A stretch of DNA of 64,000 nt from Centroscyllium fabricii (Eukaryota): NCBI GenBank assembly GCA_051313645.2, contig JBNRSN020000011.1:15500001-15564000 (forward strand), given 5' to 3'. This document shows positions 47,660 through 59,415 of the stretch, in pieces (the stretch's first letter is position 1; each line of letters opens with the position of its first letter). A program made the position numbers and the translations under genes. The notes beneath the pieces are model-generated. The model made no database searches. It was not told the DNA's origin and saw only the letters and a list, made by a program, of their open reading frames with translations.

Positions 47660-47940
47660 ATCATATATTAAATATATTATACACGCATTCTATTATTATA
47701 TTACATACATATACACATTATATATGTACACATATATACACACACATACATAACACATTTAATAACATTATACACACATATATAAGATATTTAATAACAT
47801 TATACACATATATAAAAACACATTTATAACATTTTACACACATTTTCCATATATGTGTGTGCACACATTTTCTTATGTGAATGAACATATTCGATGTTAT
47901 ATATGTGTGAGTGTGTGTATTTTTTTAATCTTAATATAGC
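47660..47940. repeat. Low-complexity TA/CA-rich tract
   Basis: Degenerate ACAT/ATAT repeats. Confidence 0.75.
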
Positions 47941-50900
47941 CATGAGTCTGCGGCTCCTCTGATAGTTTATCCCCAAAATATTTCCGTTCTCATTCAAAGG
48001 TTTCTTAAAATGACACGGCGTTAAACAGTCTGTATATTAATAACAATAAAACAAGTCCCTTGATGTGTATTCATCAAATCCAGCCAGGGCCACTTGTTCA
48101 GGCAGGAGGAGATGGTTATATTCTGATCGGCTTTACCGAATTTTCCGAACTTTCTCCCCGCTTTGAGTTAACTATGAGCAGTTTCCAGGGTCCCCGAGGA
48201 CCGAGCCCTCTGGCTTGGAGACTTGCCCTTTTTTGCTGTCTAAGTGCACATTTAAACATTTCTATGTTATCAGAATTAATGTAATATTCCGTCCGCTCTT
48301 AGTTCGACATCTTTTCGTTTCCTTCGCTTTTTCGTTTGTGCCGTGCAAGGTTCCAGGGATCTGGGTAAGTGCATCCTCGCTCTATCTCTCAGTCTCTCTC
48401 ATACATCCCCAGCTTTCTGTATTACAATCACCCATTGTGTCTATCTTTGCCTCTCCCCCCGCTCCGTGCTGTGTGTTGCACCCGACCTGTCACCTGCACC
48501 GTTTACTGATCACAGTCCTGACCGACCCGTGTGTCAGCCCCGGGAACGGCATTCCGCTCAGCGACTCGCTCCCTCCCTGCCGTCTCATTCCATGTCGTGT
48601 CTCTCAGTTCACCGGCTCCAGCAATTTCACCCGAGACTGAGGGCAGCAGCTCCGGGAGAGAGAGAAATAAAATCAAGCTGGGGAGCTTCGGAAATGAAAG
48701 GGAAAAATCAACACAAGGGGTTTACCTCGAGCTAGCAGCAAGCGCGGGGCCCGCTCCCCATTTCACCCCTTCAAGTTGTTGCTTTTTCCCCATCTAATTT
48801 TATTCCCAATTGCTCCTTTTCTCCCCCCGATCCCTCTCGCCTTTTTAATGCCCCTCTTTCCCGGAGTTCTCAGTAAAATCACACTCTAATATAATGAAAG
48901 CCTGTTTCTTTTCAAACACACGGGGGTGGTGGTGGGTGGTGAGGGCTGTGTGCTACCTGAGTGACGACCTCCACTTCACTCGCAGGCAAGACCCCCGGGT
49001 CAGAGCCTACAGCTCCCCTCCCACACACACAGACTCCAAACTAGCATCAGCTTGATTCTTTTTAAAGTCGGGTTAGATAGGGAAAGGAAACAACTGAAAA
49101 TCTAGTTTTTTTAAAGTCCTTACAGCCTGTAATAAGTTCACAAGCGTGCAAAACTCTGCAGCGATTGTTGCTGCACGTTGGCCTAATTCGCAATCACTTT
49201 CGCTTCACAGTCCCGACACACACAGAACGCATGAGGTTTCTCGAGTGGGTTCAGACCCCCTCAAAGCTTCGCGAATTCAACCAGCCCCCCGGCCCCCCGG
49301 CCCCCCGCCCTCTCTATCGCCCCCGCGGTCACAGAACAGTCTGTTATTAGATGAGATCTCGGTGTGTGTGTGTCTGAGGGGGAGAACCTGTCACCGGCCG
49401 CGGCTCCCCCCCCCCCCCCCCCGCTTTGCCTGTCTACCCACCGAACTCCCTGCTCCAGAACTCGCCGTTTGATGCAGCGTGGGTCGGTGGGGAAAATAAA
49501 TATCCGAGTGACAGCAACTGCCAGGTATTTGATTCCAGAAAGATTCCACATTATGCCACTTCTAAATGATATGTGTCTATCTATTACCAGTGTGTGTGTG
49601 TTTGCGTGCATAAATAAATATATATACATATATTACTGAAAGTGCTGCCAATACCAGGTGCCCAGAAGACATTTCGAGCAGATCTTATTTGCCTGAATTA
49701 TTTCCATCCACCGTGTAAAGCAGCACACAGCACTGGAGCTCCAGGCCCGCAGAGTGTTGCCTCTCACATTCTACACAGGCAGCATTACGCGGCTATTTAA
49801 TTCACTGCCTGGTTGCACCAGTACAAATAGATAAATCCTCGCATTACCATTAGCACGGGGTTCCTGGTTCGCATTCCGCCCGAAATTGCTGCGCGCTGTT
49901 ATTACCCATTTCAGAGAGCAGTTACATATTTTTAGTGCTAGGGTTTTGGAAATGTATCGGAAGCGCTGTAAAGGGCCAGTCCGTGTGCGTGTACAGGGAA
50001 TGTCACACATTAATGGCATTCTCAGGAATTATCATTGACATACATTTACAGGGCTGCAATATCGCTGTCAATTGTTGTGTATATGGGCATGTAATATATA
50101 AATACACAAGTACTGAGAGGTCATATTAACACGTACAGAACTGCAATATCGCGGGTCAATTAATGCGTATAACCCCATATATTATTACATATATATTCAG
50201 AGGAAATTACATATTTATATACACATACCGGACTACAATTTATCTGTGTGTCGGAAGTGTAATAATTATATATATTAGTAAGTGACATTTATATACACAC
50301 ACAAAAGAGAGATGTGATACGTCTGTATATAGGCAGGTACAATCATGTTTACCCGTGTTTTTAACATTAAATATTAAACACGAGGAACACGAATCTCTTC
50401 GATAATAAAAGCTGACCAATTTGTACAAATTAAACGGGTGAATCTTGTGGATTTTAAATAAATTACAATTGGCGCTTTGACAAGTTAATGGCATAAATAA
50501 AACGGGGGGTTGCCTGGCCGGGACGTCAGTCCGTTTTGAAAGTTTTTTTTAACATTCTGTGCAAACAGGAAGAATTTTAACGAGAAACGATGTTTTCTAA
50601 AAAAAAACGAGGATTGAAACTGGCAACCGCAGTTCCTTAAATCTGCATAAATTGCTAATGTTTGACGTCCCACAGTCACAGGACTGCCTTGTCATGCCCA
50701 GCCCGTTATTACCGTCATCCCTTTAAGAGCTCTTCAGAGAGGATTAATATTTCCTTATCGATTTTTCCTTTTGAATATAATTATCTTTCTTGTTATCTTG
50801 AAGGAATCAGCGGGCACTTTCGACAATAATTTGATAAGAGCTCATTAGCGCTGGCTTAGCTCGGGGGCACTTGTTATTACAAATCTCACTCAGAGAGGCT

Positions 50901-53409
50901 CCTATTATTAAACGAACGCAGTCACTGCCAGGAGAACAGTGCAAGTGGCCGAGGGGCGAGGCAACGGCGCACACATCTCCCAGGTCTAAAGTATAATTGT
51001 TTAAAAAATTACCTGCAATTTAAAACTGCGGAGACAGGGGAAGGGGAGAGTGAAGAACCGAGGAGTAATTCCATCATTTTTAGATTCACTGGGAAATGTG
51101 TTAAATGCAGACTAACAGCTAATGCAGCGATATTTCTAAACGTAGCTTATTTTAACAGCGCATGTTCAATTAAGTATCCACCCTACATTAGTGTATAAGC
51201 AAACGGTGTCTTAGAGATAACTCGTTGTATCTAAAATTATATTTTTATTACCAGAACCGTGGGGCAGGTTCGTTCTTGGGTGTCAGTAACACCTTAATTC
51301 ACCGTTTTATCTCTAGCCCTGGTGTGTTGCTGCTGCATTTCATAGTGTGAAAACTGTTTCCATTGAACGGGGATCAATTTGACAGATAAATTGCCCCTTT
51401 CATGAACGCGAGACGTGGGCGTTCACAGTCGCCACTGAGTTTCGTTTCGGTGCTGTTGGGAGAGGTGAAGTTTTGTTTCTGTTCCTTCGCTAACTGGGCC
51501 GAGAGGCGGGGGAATGAGGGAGCAATCGACAGCCTCGACAGAGATTGGGGCTATCAGGACCAGAGTCCGGCTGTGGAGGCCGGGGGAGGAAGGCAAGCGG
51601 GCCACTGCCCGGCTTATGTAACAGCCCAACTCCCAGACCGAGTCGCTTCGAACGGATCGATGCGGACAAAATACATTCGTGTAACGTAAACGTCAGTGTT
51701 TATCGAAATCAAAGAGCAGGTGATGTTATCAAACATTCCAGACACAGATATATAAAATGCTTCCCTTGATTAGATTCGAATTCTGATAATTCTGATGTGT
51801 ATCTTTCAGATATTTTGTGTCGCTTCGGGTGTCCATTCCACTTTGATGGGGATGAGGGGAACATTTTAAACAAATGATTAAAAGCTCGACAATGTTTAAC
51901 GGACACTAATTTAATTGAAAAGTGATTCAACAAATTAAAGGGGAAAGGAGAGGATGTAGAGAGGGACGAGTTGGAATTAGGCTGGAGTAAGTGTGGCTGT
52001 GATTTAAGTGCGGGCAGGAAGAGCTCAGAATGCGGGATGCAATCTGGAGCTCCTAAACACGCCTAAAACTGGATTCAGACCGTACAGCTCCAACATACAT
52101 TTAAAATAAAGTGTGCAGCCGATGGGACATGTTCTCAATGGAAGGGTTTTAAAACCCTGCCCGAATTCTACACGTTTACAAATTGGGACGTCGGGTTATT
52201 TCACCTCAAACACAAATCAAACCACCAACCTCCCAAAGTTATCAGTTCGAACCACGGAGACCCCGTTTAAACAAATTAATGCACGCTTTGAAACAAAATA
52301 AATGTCAAGCCGTCGATCGTGTAGCTACTGTCTGTGCTCCTACTCACCTATGCAGCCAGTTCCCAAGAAAGCACTTACACAGCCTGGAAGAGGGGAAAAG
52401 AAAAATGAAAGATTGCCAAATATTTCACGTCCTTCATTGAGCTATAAAACTCTGTCACAATATGACCGCCGACACCGACTCCACTGAATTGTATTCAGGG
52501 TGCCTGTAGAGTTAATGAACTGCTTGTGGCTCAGGGGCTGGAGAATGAGGGAAGCACAGCAACAGACGACTTTACAAGTTAAAACAGAAAGTTTGGGACT
52601 GCTTCGCTGTCATCGTCTACCTTTTTATTGCCAAATGTCCTCTAGCCTTGATGGCCGAATCCTCCCCGATCTGGCCTCTCAGGCACCGATCCGTCTACCC
52701 CAAAAAGTGAACACTATTACATCACTTTATTTTATAGAAACGGTGAACTCCAGGGACTGGCAATCGGAACACGATCCCAAACTGTATACATCTCGCCGTA
52801 TACCATTTAATGTGGAATACTGACATGGGTAGACAATGCGATGCCCTTTCATTGACTGCAACATTATACAATCCCCCGGGATTTGACTGTATTCTACATG
52901 AACCTCGCCTCACTCAAATATCCACCAGTGAGGCTGCGACAAAAGGCGGCGTCAAACCGCCTGGTCAGGGTCCCTTTAAACCCTGGGGAGGAACTGGTAC
53001 TTAAACAACCCCCCCCCCCCCCCCCCCCACCACCCCCCGCCTCCTCAACCCCCCCCCCCCCCCCCCCATCCTTTTATTGAACTGTTTCAACAATAAGGCA
53101 TTGAGAGAGTAGATTTTCACCAGTTTGTACCCCTGGCACCGAGTTGGCACGGAGTTTATCGGGTCACACAGGATTGGCTTTCCATTAGCTTTAATAGATG
53201 GAAGATTCTGCCAGGCTCCTTCCGCTTGCCCCACGAGTTCCCAATGTGCAGGTACGCTCTGAGGCGGGAGCGCGACTCCCTCTTTGGCAATACAACTTAG
53301 GTGTCCCTTTTTCTTACCTGAGTCTGACTGCAAGAAGCTATTACATGGGTTCTAATGATTTATCGATAGTGTATACTGGGTACCTTGGAGTAGGCTGCAA
53401 AGTGATAAT

Positions 53410-53765
53410 ATAATAGAAAGGTATAAAATAATAACTACATGAGAGTTACAGGCTGGAAACTGATCAAAGGTTCATTAAAACAATATATAATTAGATTGCA
53501 TACTTGGCAGCGATTGCAACTTTGCGACCTAGATGATCAGTTTAGTTGGCTGATGTATAGAATCATGGATGTCTGGCAATGAGGTTATAAACTAAAATCT
53601 AATGCTGGAATTCGAATGTTTTCTATGTAGAATTGTGGATACCCGGGAGTGAGTTGCAGGCTGAAATCTAATCGAGGTTTATATACAGAATAGATGCCCA
53701 AGAATGAATTACAGACCGGAGTCGAATCGAGGGCTTCCGAGGGTTTATATATAAAACTGGTGTAT
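53410..53765 (+). repeat. Degenerate copies of the 69-bp satellite
   Basis: gagagttacaggctggaa, gatacccgggagtgagttgcaggctgaaatctaatcgagg, ggtttatatata. Confidence 0.75.
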
Positions 53766-54589
53766 CTTCAGCAGATCTGGTCCTGGGTTCGAGGCTGAGA
53801 CCTGCTTGTGTTAGTTTTCTGCTCCATGCCTGTCCACCTCGCTGTCTGGCCGGACTTGTCACTGTGTCCATCTCACAGTGTCTGACTGACTGACCCCAGC
53901 TGCTGCCACCACTTTGTCCCTTATGTTCTCCCTGTCTAATAAAACAAACCTCAGCACATGTTCTGCCCACAGTATCAGAACTGGAGGGGGTGGGGGAGAT
54001 GGTGTCGCCCATTGTAATGCAGGCGTTGCAACAGTTTCCCCACAAACACTCAAAATCTGACATGTAGGGTGGTTCCAAATGGTAGGGACTCCTCACCTGG
54101 GGAAGGTGGGCTTATAACATCGACTTTCATTATAGACGCCGGTCTAATGATTACAGAATGTCAGATTAATGAACATTCGTGCAATTTACTGTCATTATAG
54201 GGCAACGCTTAACCTACCCCACCCGTCTGGTCTGCCCTTACGCGCATTGATCTTGAGCTTTGTGTCAATCAAACATGGCTAATAAGATTGCTGGAAAGCA
54301 GCACTGACAGTGGGAGTGGTGTCGTGGATCCTTTAGGCCAATGAGATTCTTAGACAGTCATGAGATTACTGTCTGCCAATCAGACGGCTCAAAAGTGATA
54401 CCACCATTTTTGTTTAATAACTGTTATGGATACCTGGGAATGAGACCTGGCTGCAATTTGAGATGTTGTAATGATTTATAAACGATGAGAGCTAAGTTCC
54501 AGTGCTTTAAAATGGTCATCTGATCCCCAAAATTCTTTCACTGACTTATGATCTCGTTCTTATTGCTTTACTGTATATTAAAGAAGAAA

Positions 54590-55020
54590 AAAGGCTTACA
54601 CCTATTTGGTACCTTTCACATCCTCAGAATGTCTCAAAGTACTTCATAGTCAATTATTGAAGAGTAGTCACTGTTGTTTTGTGAGCAAAAGCTGCAACCG
54701 TTTTGTGCACAACAAGGTCCCACAAATTGCAATGAAGTCATAGTCATAGAGTTTTACAGCACAGAAAGAGGCCCTTCGGCCCATCATGTCCGCACCGGCC
54801 ATCAAGCCCTGTCTATTCTAATCCCATTTTCCAGCATTTGGTCCGTAGCCTTGTATGCTATGGCATTTCAAGTGCTCATCTAAATGCTTCTTGAATGTTG
54901 TGAGGGTTCCTGCCTCTACCACCCTTTCAGGCAGTGAGTTCCAGATTCCAACCTGAGGTAAATGACGAGATAATCCTGTTTTGGTGCTGTTGGATGAGGG
55001 AACAATATTGACCAGGCAAC
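54590..55020 (-). mobile_element. Deu-SINE fragment interrupted by a CR1 3' fragment (~54737-54952)
   Basis: gtcatagtcatagagttttacagcacagaaagaggccc... is the reverse complement of 61490-61715. Confidence 0.75.
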
Positions 55021-55094
55021 TGATTGTATATATTGCACCTAGAATCGGTCAATGTCGAGGATATGCATCATGAACTAGAGGTTATGCAAAATAA

Positions 55095-55334
55095 TCATAG
55101 AATCATAGAATCCCTACAGTGCAGATAGAGGCCATTTCGGCCCATCGAGCCTGCACCGACACATATCCCACCCTATCCCCGTAACCCCCACATATTTAAT
55201 CCCCCTAACACTAAGGGTCAATTTATCCTGGCCAATCAACCTAACCCGCACATCTTTGGGCTGTGGGAGGATTTGAACCCGGGCCCCTAGCGCTGTAAGG
55301 CAACAGTGCTAACCACTATGCCACCGTGCCGCCC
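55095..55334 (-). mobile_element. HE1-type SINE with an internal deletion of the V-domain
   Basis: ctgtgggagg is joined directly to atttgaacccggg (compare 12500-12600). Confidence 0.85.
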
Positions 55335-55349
55335 ACGTCCATAATCTGC

Positions 55350-55690
55350 GGATCAAATTGTTTTCAAATCATTCCATGGCCTCACTCCTCCCTGTCTCTG
55401 TAATCTCCTCCAGCCCCCAAACCCTTCGAGATATCTGCACTCCTCTGAGAATCTCCGATTTTAATCGGTCCACCACCGGTCAGAAATGTTCTCCCTAAAC
55501 CTCTCTGCCTCTCTTTCCTCCTTTAAGACGCTCCTTAAAACCTACTTCTTTGACCAAGCTTTCGGTCATTTTCCCAAGTAGCTCCTTATGTGGCTCGCTG
55601 TCAAATGTCCATTTTATAATGCTCTTGTGAAGCGCCTTGAATTGTTTCACTATGTTAAAGGCGCTGTACAAATGCAAGTTGTTGTTGATG
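55350..55690 (+). mobile_element. L2-clade LINE 3' fragment
   Basis: Homologous to 2770-3150; tail AAATGCAAGTTGTTGTTG. Confidence 0.8.
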
Positions 55691-57297
55691 ATGATGCTCC
55701 CGTGAGCGCCTGGGGTAAATTAAAAGCTGCACCACAGATATTTCTACACTGATCCCCAAATACATATTTTATTATACAGTATTTTCAAAATGTAAAAGGG
55801 CATTTTTTCTGGAGAATGCCAATAGGTTTTACCCTTTTTTTGTTTCGCAACCATGAAAAAAAATTAAATGTTCCAACAGTTAACATCAATACAGTTCATG
55901 AGGAGTGGGTGGTTATCAGAAAATTAAACCATCCCTATCCACGTGACTTGAAGCAAAGCAAGTTCCAGTGGTGGTGCCGGGGAACAGAGCATAATCCGCT
56001 GGTAACCAGGCGTGTGAAAGGAGGGCGTGGGCCACGCAGGACATTGTTAAGGGGACTGCACAGCTCACAAGTGACCAAGCCACAATTAATACATGTCTCC
56101 TTCATAAGTATTCACAGTCAGCAACATCCCGGGCACCATTCTATTTCCACAGCCTTAACGTTCTGGTTCCATGTTATTTTGTTACAGATAAAAATTCCTT
56201 CCAATGGCGGTGCTTTGGTCCTGAAATGATGATCTTTCCTCACGAGCTAGTCATGCAATTTGGGGGCGGGTTATTGGGTCACAGATATGCACCCGCGACG
56301 CACCCTCAAACTACTGGCTTTGCAAATTAAATCCACTCTCAGCGAGAATCAAATCTCCCCAGGTTAGGTTTATGGTTAATTTATTTCGGGGGCGATTTTT
56401 ATTTCGTTGAAGGGGCAAGTTTATTTTGGGGATTGGGATGAAGGCTCTGTTCTGGGATGGATGTATAGGGAACGCTCTGTGTTGAGGTGAATTCCACGGG
56501 TGCGAGATCTAACCCAGGGCAGGATAGATTTGGTTATATCTGCAGCTCACACAACAGTCGTTCTGGTTCGGTTACTTCATGTATGTAGAATACATTCTGG
56601 AGCCCATATATATGTGATAATGAGCATGAATCATGTATGATGTACCAATCAACACTTCCCGAGGACAGAAATTCAGAGTATTGTAAAACAATGATACAAT
56701 AATATTTTTAATTAATCTGTACCTTTCAGCTGTGCTACAAGGGCCGCGTTCAGTCTGGATTCCTTTCCCTCTCACCGAGCTGGGGTTGCCCTTGAAACTT
56801 TTAATGAGTTCTTCCACTTTTAATAATAATTGACATCTCTGCCTGACAGCTACAGTCAACGATGACGTGTCGTGTCGTGTCTAATAGCGTCTGGTAAGAA
56901 AGAAAAGATGACCTTGCAATAACTGAACAACGTTTTGCATACCAAATTAAACCATGCCAAAATTCAGCTTTAAAACTATATTAAAACAAGCTAAAGTAGC
57001 AGCAAGGCTTGCACTTTTCACTTTGGCAGACGTTGTTGCAAAATCGTTGGCCTCACCCACAAATCCCTCCGTAGTCTCGCCCCACCGTCCCCCCTGCAAC
57101 CCCGAACGCGGCACCCATTCAACTCTGGTCTAAAAATCAATCGGATTTTGTGAACTAAGGGTATCAAGGCAGGTGAATTGAGTTGAGGTGCGGGTCAGTC
57201 CTGATCTTATTGAATGGCCCAGGTGCTGAATGGCCTCCTCCTGTTCCTAATGTTCCTGTGTCCTGCACACCTCCTCACTCTGCTTCAGCCCAGAAGC

Positions 57298-57778
57298 TGC
57301 ACAATAGAAAGCATACTGACAAGCTGCATCACTGTCTGGTATGGTAATTGCACCATCTCGGACCCGAAAACCCTGTAGCGGGTAGTCAAAACTGCCCAAC
57401 GAATTACCGGTACACAGCTACCGTCAATGGAAAGCATCTACCTCAAACGCTGCTCACGGAGGTCTCTGAACATTATTAAAGACCCCACACACCCCAGCCA
57501 CAGTCTGTTCGCCCCCCTGCCCTCCGGGAGACGCTACAGAGCAATTTGCACCCGCAGGACTAGATTTCAGAACAGCTTCTTCCCCAGGGCTGTCAGCCTC
57601 CTGAACTCTAAAAAGAAACTCCGGTACCTGCACGCCTGATAATGTACTTTACTGTATGCATTTTGCATGTAATTTATTTATTTTATTTGCACTACTCTCG
57701 GGAGAGTCGAGTCTTCGTCTAGTTGTATTGTACTAGTACTCTGCAATGACAATAAAACTTGAATTGAATTGAATTGAA
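57298..57778 (+). mobile_element. Rex1/Babar LINE 3' fragment
   Basis: TIESILTSCITVWYGNC...IIKDPTHPSHSLFAPLPSGRRYRAICTRRTRFQNSFFPRAVSLLN; tail AATAAAAC(TTGAA)n. Confidence 0.88.
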
Positions 57779-58188
57779 TCTTTGTAAAACCCTCCACCTT
57801 GTTGCAGCATACCCAACCTTCAAAAGCCTCTTTAAAAACTCTGTCTCCAATTTCACTCACCTTACCCGCAACTTCATTCCTATCCTTCACTTGGCCTCCA
57901 TGTCCTGCCCCCCTTTCTGTGAAGCACTATTAAGTTGCCATAGGTCATTTTGGTGAAATCATAAGCCAATTCTTTATAAACTGTTAATAAAAACTCCATT
58001 CAACACACAATCTTCCCCCGTGGTGTCTAAAAGTTTTGATCATCAATGACTAATTGAGGGACAATGTTGCACAGTACATTTTGCACAGGATAATTTTTGA
58101 CAGGAATGTTAGGCCTTTTGCTATGTAGCAAATATTAGCAAAAATAATACACACCGATTGTGAAGTAAACAGAACAGCTACTCTTAAC

Positions 58189-58351
58189 GGGGGTAATTTT
58201 AACCCAACCCGCCCGATATCGGGTGCAACGCTGGGTTCGCACCTCTCCCGATTTCACTCTCCGTGGACGTCAATGGACAGCAATATTGGGCGGGGTGTAA
58301 AAGTGGCGTTCCGTCAGTTTCCCGACAGGCTGGTTAAGTTAAAATTGCCCC
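58189..58351. mobile_element. Short palindromic MITE related to 22461-22649
   Basis: GGGGTAATTTTAAC ... GTTAAAATTGCCCC; shares GGCGGGGTGTAAAA. Confidence 0.7.
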
Positions 58352-58891
58352 GGGTCAGAGAGACGCGAGTGTTATATGATGTACTTCTGTGGATTTCTTT
58401 CATCAACGTTTAAAATAATTATTACCGTAGTATTTTGAAACCTTTCCCCTTCCCCTGAAGGTTTCAAAGATTAAAAAAACATTAATTGCAAATGAAAGTT
58501 TGTTCAATGTATGGAAGTCACTAACCTGCGGCAAACCTTTCCGGGGAAAAAACAAAGACTACAGAGAGGGAGGAAGTGCACTCACACTCCGAGGTCAGTA
58601 TTTGCTCGTAAAAATCAATGCAGTAAAATGATTATTGATTCAAGCAGCGCTATACCTGGATGGATCGGCTCTGAAAGGAAGTGCAATCCTTAAGCAGAGC
58701 CTGCCCCCATGTGGTAACAATAGAAATGGGCTTTTTCAACTTTTTCAAAGAATTTTTTTTTTGTCAACAACTTTAGTTCATCAACAACAGTACTTTTCCG
58801 ATTAGATAGAGTATAAAAAAAATACCTGGGAGTGAGTTACAGGTTGGTATCTAATCGAGGGGTTCAGGTGGTTTATATATAGAATCTAGTG

Positions 58892-59415
58892 GTCGAAAAA
58901 GGCAGACACAGAAAGACTTGGCTGCCCAGAGAGGAAAGGATGTGCTCCCACTGCAGTCAGGGAGTGGTGGAGACAGAGCTGCACTTCCTCACAACTTGCG
59001 AAAATTATCAGGGAATAAGGGGAAATTTCTTCCCAAAATTTGCAACAGCATGCCCTGAATTCAAAAATTTGACCGACCACCAGAAACTCCCATACCTACT
59101 AGGGGAACAGAGGGAATGTATAAAACTTGCGGCAAACTACGTCACAGCTTGCCATAAGCAGAGGGACAACCAGTGGCCATTGACATTGAAGCTAGGATGA
59201 GCATACAAGCTCTATATGCGGGTATAAATGTACATGTGTGCGTAACTAATGTACGGTTGTCAATAAGTCTACTAATGTATTATTCTATGTAGTACGTCTA
59301 CTAATGTATTATTCTTATGTATGTTAAAATGTTTTACTAATGTAATATTCTTATGTATGTTGCACTGCTTTGGCAACAACGGTTGATACCATTCATGCCA
59401 ATAAAGCCTTTTGAA
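58892..59415 (+). mobile_element. Non-LTR retrotransposon 3' end with a C-terminal C-x2-C...H-x4-C zinc finger (RTE-X-like)
   Basis: Open frame VEKGRHRKTWLPREERMCSHCSQGVVETELHFLTTCENYQGIR...; 3' end CATGCCAATAAAGCCTTTTGAA; possible TSD TAGTG. The clade assignment is from memory. Confidence 0.7.

Larger units (their letters stand above)
41400..53400. promoter_or_regulatory. CpG-rich, transposon-depleted promoter/regulatory domain around the LMX1A 5' end
   Basis: Visibly frequent CpGs in unique sequence. I recognised only one small mobile insertion in ~12 kb, against dense TEs on both sides. Confidence 0.6.

Noticed and set aside
53009-53068. Poly-C tracts as a functional G-quadruplex or polyproline exon
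   Set aside because: Similar homopolymer runs occur throughout the window (4187, 6715, 10731, 27981, 49406). There is no splice context, and run lengths may be sequencing-sensitive
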